In this document: positions 58,101-64,000 of the stretch, piece after piece
How positions within the stretch are numbered: the stretch's first letter is position 1
Layout: each line of letters opens with the position of its first letter
NCBI RefSeq assembly: GCF_046119375.1
Contig: NW_027362768.1
Location: 178,312,001-178,376,000 of the forward strand
Reading direction: 5' to 3'
DNA from: Phyllobates terribilis
Taxonomy: Eukaryota
DNA: 64,000 nt
The notes under the pieces: model-generated
Database searches by the model: none
Told to the model about the DNA's origin: nothing
Seen by the model: the letters and a program-made list of their open reading frames with translations, nothing else
Made by a program: the position numbers and the translations under genes

Positions 58101-61100
58101 TCAGATTCAGAAGCCAGCCTAAACTCGTCAAGGAACCCATGACTTTTGCTAGATGGTCCTTGCAATGGCTGAACGAGTTGCCTATAATAAGTAGATCGTC
58201 CAGGTACGGGACTATTAGGATGTTCCTCTCCCTCAGATGGGCCATAACCTCTGCCACCACCTTTGTGAAGACTCTTGGGGCTATTGCTAACCCGAAGGGG
58301 AGAGCCGTATATTGGTAGTGCCTTATTGTGCCCCTTATCGGTATCGCTACCCTCAGGAATTTTTGGTAGTCTCTGTGTATGGGGACATGATAATATGCGT
58401 CCTTCAGATCCAGGACAGCCATAAAACAGCCTGGGAACAACAATTTCACAGATGTTTTCATTGACTCCATCTTGAACGAATGAACTTTCAGAACCCTGTT
58501 CAATTTCTTTAGATTTACAATAGTCCTGAATGTTCCATCCGGTTTCTTCCTGAGGAATAGAGAGGAGTAGAACCCAACGCCTACCTCCTGAGCTGGGACA
58601 TCCCGAAGGACTGCCTTGTCCACTAGGCCTAGAACCTCTTGTTCTAGAGCCAACTGCTCTACCCCTGAAGACCTCACGGGGGTTACTATGAAATTTGGAC
58701 GGGGAGTGGAGAGGAACTGGAATCTTAGCCCCGATTTTATCAGGTCTAAAATCCAGCGCACGTTTGATATTTTTTCCCAGGCCGGGAGGAAATGGAGAAG
58801 CCTCCCCCCCACCTGGGGCTGCCTTTCATTGGGCGGGTTTCCTATCGTCACTAGTCGGCCTGTTAAACATAAACCCCTTGGCTTTTCTCTGCCTCCAGTC
58901 CTCCTTCGCATGAATTTCCTACTCCGAAAAGATTTCCTAAAAGAAGTACCGGAGAGGACCGGGAAGCGGTTTTTGTTATCCTCGGCCTTGTCCAGGATAT
59001 CATCCAGAATAGACCCGAATAAGAATTCCCCCTCACACGGGATGGAGCACAGCCTAGACTTCATTTGGAGGTCGCCTGGCCAGCATTTGAGCCAGAGGGC
59101 CCGCCTAGCTGCGTTTGAAAAACTCCCAGCCCTAGCTGCCAGCCTGACAGTCGGCTGAGGCGTCAGCCAGAAAAGCCGCTGCGCCCTTCATCACTGGGAT
59201 GGAGTCTATTATATCATCCCTTGAGGCTTTATCCTTCAACTGCGCTTCTAGTTGGTCTAACCAGACCATCAAAGATCTGGCCGTGCATGTGGCTGCCACC
59301 GCGGGTTTTAACCCCCCCCCCCTGCTGCCTCCCAAGCTCCTTTCAAAAAGGAGTCAGCTTTCTTATCCATAGGGTCTTTAAGCACCCCCATGTCCTCAAA
59401 TGGCAGGGGAAACTTTCTAGAGGCTATCGCGACGTCAATTTTAGGCGCCTTCCCCCAGAAGGAGCACACAGGGGTATTTCCTTTTGGGTGACAACAACCC
59501 TTTCCTCTCTGGTTTTCTCCATTCCCTCTTAATCAGAGATTGTACTTGATCATTAAGAGGGAAGGATCTCTTTCTTCTGTCCTAGGCCACTAAACATGTC
59601 CTGGATAGACTTTTTAGGGTGAGGATCCACGAAACCCATAGTAGACCTAACCGCCTTAATCAAGGTATCAGTTCCATCTATAGGGAAACAGCTACGACCG
59701 CCGTCCCCTGAAGACGACAAAGACGATGAATCGGAGACTACTCCCTCCTCGTCTGAACCACTGGACTCCAGCACTGGGGATAGGTGTCTAGTTTTCCCTT
59801 GTTTTCTCCCCCCCCTTCTGCAGGGATTTAAAGGTGTCCTCCACCTGAGATTTAATCAGGGATCTGAGTTCGGAGGCAAACTTAGGGGTCTCCTCACAGA
59901 TAGTTTGCTCGATGCACGAGTTGCACAGTTTCTTTTGCCATGCAGTGGGCAGATCCGCTGCGCAAAGCGCGCAGGCCCTGTGCTTGGACTTGCCCGTACT
60001 CTTCCTTCCCTGAGAAGAAAAGAGAGGGGGGTCTCAAGTTACAAGTGAGCTTTCACGAAGATCACTTACCGACCCCTAGTAAGAGGGAATACCGGATTTG
60101 AAGAGGAACCCGTTCCAGTAGCTGGGTCCTTCATCGAGGCTGATGCCGCGCTGGAGTCCTTGCCACGTTGTGAAGACCTGCCAGAACGCCCGCTTCCTCC
60201 GTCACCTTGCCGTGAAGGGCCGCTGGAGGATCCTTTCATACAGTTCCTCTGAGGCGATGGTGAGTGGGGGTGCATGGACTGGGGCTCCTGCTCGCTCATA
60301 GCTGCAGAGTGCCAGAGAATGCCAGGAAGCACTTCCCCTGTGCTTCCCCGGCCATTTAAACTCTATAGGGGTACGCCCCCCCTTCTGGCCTGGCACTCCC
60401 GTGCGGGCCGTTTCCCGCGCGCATTTGTACGCGCCGCTCCCAGAGGGACCCGCGGCCGCATCACTACCAGCGCACTCACCCCGCGTCACTTCTGGCGTAC
60501 GCGCCCCACGTCACTTCGTGTCAGAGGGGAGCGCCGGCGTGCGAAGCCCAGGCAAGCCTCCTACCCGGCCCCCGGGGCTCAGGCCTACTCACTAACCCGA
60601 GCCCCGGAAGCCCCGTCATACTCACCACCTGGGCCTCGACGCCACCAGAGACCGCGGCGATCCAGTTCTTTGCTGTGTCGCGTCTCCCTGCCACCCTAGA
60701 GGCCCGCTGACCCCAGCGGTGGCGCTACAGGACACTGCACCAGCCGAGGCAGGGAACCCCCGCTGCCTGAACCGGTTTGGCCGGGCCTGGTAAGTTCTCA
60801 TTTTCTTCTTTTCTTCATTCCTTTTCAGGAACTTCCATCCATAGGTCCCTGTCAAGGACAGGAAACCAACTGAGAGGTGCCGCCCTTTTTATCTGTAGGT
60901 TTCCTGTCCTTGAAGGGCGTATCCCCTCTCTCCGTGGTGCAGTCATGGGGAAAGAGAAATTTCCTCATTGAGGTGGAAGTTGGACACAACCTTCGGAAGG
61001 AAGGATGGGACCGTAAGGAGAACTACCTTGTCCTGGTAAAAAGCCAGGAAGGGCCGTCTGCAGGACAGTGCTGTCAGTTCAGACACCCTGCGTAGCGAGG

Positions 61101-64000
61101 TGATTGCCACCAGGAAAACCACTTTCTGGGATAGAAGGCGGAGTGGGACTTCCCTAAGGGGTTTAAAGGGTGTTTCCTGCAATGCTGTCAGCACCAGCTT
61201 GAGGTCCCACGTTTCTAGTGGTCGTCTGTAGGGGGGAACCAATCTGGAAACCCCCAGAAGAAATGTCCTTACTTGCGGCTTGTTAGCAATGCACCTCTGA
61301 AAAAGCACAGAGAGTTAACACCTGGCTCTTAAGGGAGGCCAGGGACAGTCTGGCCTCCAGACCCGATTGGAGAAACCCAAGTACCCTGGGGAGGGAATAA
61401 GGAAATAAGGGAATGGGGTCTGGCCACAAGATTCGCATCAGGTAAAGAAGGCTTTCCAGGGACGGTAATAAATCTTAGCAGAGGTTGGCTTCCGTGCCCT
61501 GATCATGGTTCCAATGACGTCCGGCGAGAACCCTGACTGGGTAAGAACCCAGGTCTCAATGGCCATGCTGTCAAATTGAGGGCCCCTGAGTTCTGGTGGT
61601 AGAACGGGCCTTGTGACAGAAGTTCCGGGCGGTCGGGGAGACGCCAGGGGACGTCTGCTGTGAGCTGTACGATGTCGGCGTACCATGTACGTCTGGGCCA
61701 GGCCGGTGCGATTAGGATGGTTGGAACTCCCTCTTGCTTGATCTTACTCACCACTCTGGATATCAGGGGGAGAGGTGGAAAAATGTACAGGAGCTGGAAC
61801 TTGGTCCAGTCCTGAACCAGTGCGTCCGCTGCTAGCGCCCGCGGGTCGTGAGTTCTGGCCATGAAGTTAGAGACCTTGGCATTGAAGTGGGATGCCATTA
61901 GGTCCACATCCGGAGTCCCCCAGCGATGGCAGATCTGTCGAAAAACTTCGGGATGGAGAGACCACCCTCCCGAGTCCATTCCTAGCCGGCTGAGGAAGTC
62001 TGCTTCCCAGTTGTCCACACCCGGAATGTGGACCACAGAGAGAACCGAACCTGTCTTCCGCCCAGTGGAGAATGTGTGTCACTTCTCACATCGCCTGGGC
62101 ACTGCATGTCCCCCCTTGGTGATTCACATATGCCATAGCCGTGGCATTGTCCGACTGTACTTTGATGTGAGAGGCTGCTAGTAAGTGAGTGATGGAAGGC
62201 TCTCAATGCCAGGAGGATGGCACGAATTTCCAAGATGTTGATGGGCATGGTCGCTTCTGCTGGGGACCACTTGCCCTGTGCTCTGTGGTGTAGGTGCACC
62301 GCACCCCAACCCGTCAGGCTCGCGTCGGTGGTCAGAACCTTCCATTGACCCGTGAGAAAGGAGTTCCCCTTTTTTAGTGAGGTTGGCTTGAGCCACCAGT
62401 GCAGGGACCTACTGGTTGACGTCAGCTGGAGCTCCCTGTCGAGAGAAAAAGGGTTCCTGTCCCATGACTTGAGGATGGCTAGTTGGAGAGGCCTGAGGTG
62501 AAGCTGGGCAAATGGGACCGTTTCTGTTGCCGCCACCATCCTGCCGAGTACTCTCATGGCAAACCGGAGAGATCGAGGGGGTTTGCCGAGGAGAGTGCGA
62601 ACTCCTAGAAGGAGAGGCAGTGCCTTGTCCTTGGGAAGGAGCACTAGACCCCTGAAGGTGTTGAATAGCATTCCCAGGAAGGTCAGAGACTGACTTGGGG
62701 TTGGTGATGACTTTTGTAGGTTGACTAACCAACCCAGGCGACTCAGTGTCGATTGTGATTGAGACGCTGAGCTCGCAGTCCTTGAAGGTGAGAGCCTTGA
62801 TAAGGAGATCGTCCAGGTATGGAACGACTACTAAGCCTCTGGAGTGCAGACGTCCATGGTGGCTGCCATGACTTTGGTAAACACTCTGGGAGCCGTAGCG
62901 AGTCCGAACGGGAGAGCCACGAACTGGTAGTGGTCCTGGTCGATTACGAACCTTAGAAATCTCTGATGGATGGGTGCAATTGGCATATGCAGGTATGCAT
63001 CTTGTATGTCTATGGAGGCGAGAAATTCTCCCTTTTCCATGGACACAATGATGGACCAAAGGGACTCCATGCGGAAGTGACGTACCCGTACATATTCGTT
63101 GAGCGGTTTCAGGTCCAGTATGGGCCATACGCTGCCTCCTTTCTTGGGGACTACGAATAAATTGGAGTAGAACCCTCGGAAGTGCTCGGCCGCGGGGACT
63201 GGTACTATGACTCCTGCTTGAAGAAGCGAGAAGACCGCTTGGCCGAAGGCACAAGCCTTGACTGGCGGTTTTGGGGGAACAGAAAGAAAGTCTGTTTGGT
63301 GGGTTGGAAGTGAACTCTATCTTGTATCCCGAAGACACTAGTTCCCTGACCCACCTGTCTTCTGTAATAGGCAGCCAGACTTGATGAAAGAGCAAATGTC
63401 AGCCGCCTACAGGTGGGGTGTCTTCCGGAGTCCGTGAGTCATGATGAGGAGGAAGTCTGAGATTTTCCTCCTTTGAACTTTGACTGGCCTGCTTTTGACT
63501 GCCAGGTCTTGTCAGAGTTTTGCGTCGACCGCGAGTTGTCCCTGCGTAGGGAGCGGTTGCTATTTTGTGCTGCCCGCGAGATGGACCAGCCCGAAGAGTT
63601 CCGAAAGGATCGGAATAGAGTTTGGTTACGCTTCTTGTAAGTGCGTTTGGGTTTCAGTTGGGGGAGAGAGGTACTCTTACCCCTGGTGGCGTTGGATATC
63701 ATTGTGTCCAACTATTCACCAAAAAGTCGACCACTGAGGTACGGGAGGTGCGTGAGGGACTTCTTTGAGGCTGCATCTGCTTTCCATTCCCGCAGCCAGA
63801 GGATACGCCGAATCGTGATGGCGGATGATGCTATCCCCGCTGCACCCCTTGCAGATTCCAGAGCTGCATGAAGCATGTAATCTGCTACAACTGCTATTTG
63901 AATCGCTTGGTCCGACAGCTCAGGAGCAGATACTTGGAGGCTAGCTTGTAAATTTTGGGCCCAAGCCAGGATGGCCTTGGCAGCCCAAACTGAAGCGAAC
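55124..64000 (-). mobile_element. DIRS tyrosine-recombinase retrotransposon A (decayed, interrupted by DIRS B; 5' end outside window)
   Basis: gag (63439 onward), RT (IDIQDAY, LPFGLATAPRVFTK, YLDD), RNase H/MT-like (HIPGVDNWEADFLSR, IFPP...APAWPRRTW), YR (HSTR...KHY at 55574-55897). Terminal/internal complementary repeats at 55124-55185 and 55420-55520. Confidence 0.92.
55882..60959 (-). mobile_element. DIRS retrotransposon B, nested in the YR gene of DIRS A
   Basis: Inverted repeat TTTCTCTTTCCCCATGAC.GCACCACGGAGAGA at 55937 and 60927-60959. gag with CxxC...CxxC (about 59900-60000), RT (LDLKDAY, LPFG, YLDD), AYAFPP MT-like motif, YR (HSTR...KHY). Confidence 0.92.

Noticed and set aside
56457-62036. 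Methyltransferase-like domains as a novel defence or modification system
   Set aside because: The MT-like domain is an established part of DIRS retrotransposon pol. Both copies are frameshifted.

Overview
Vertebrate genomic DNA, most likely an anuran amphibian (inferred from the transposon repertoire). Roughly 80-85% of the window is transposons and tandem repeats by eye. The single host gene is a class I cytokine receptor on the + strand, best matching il12rb2. I reconstructed 11 GT-AG exons between 14673 and 49797 whose phases join into one open frame of about 817 aa: FnIII domains, WSXWS (GKWSNWS), transmembrane helix, Box1 (IPDPAN) and cytoplasmic tail. Its 5' exons lie upstream of the window. 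The standout observation is a 33-bp coding minisatellite in the last exon that builds about 21 tandem 11-aa tyrosine units. Eleven are identical DYLEQHEMRTA copies (YxxQ, the canonical STAT3-docking consensus), placed just before a conserved STAT4-type site (YLPTN). The rest of the window holds two hAT transposons (one complete, 10 kb, with TSD and a tandemly amplified antisense transposase mosaic), a Gypsy 5' end, two solo LTRs, two inverted L2 LINEs with a 2A-like NPGP motif and a shared frameshift around a 9-kb 42-bp minisatellite, four Tc1 elements (one whose TIR became a minisatellite), MITEs, a SINE, and a DIRS element nested in another DIRS. All calls were made by eye, without database searches.
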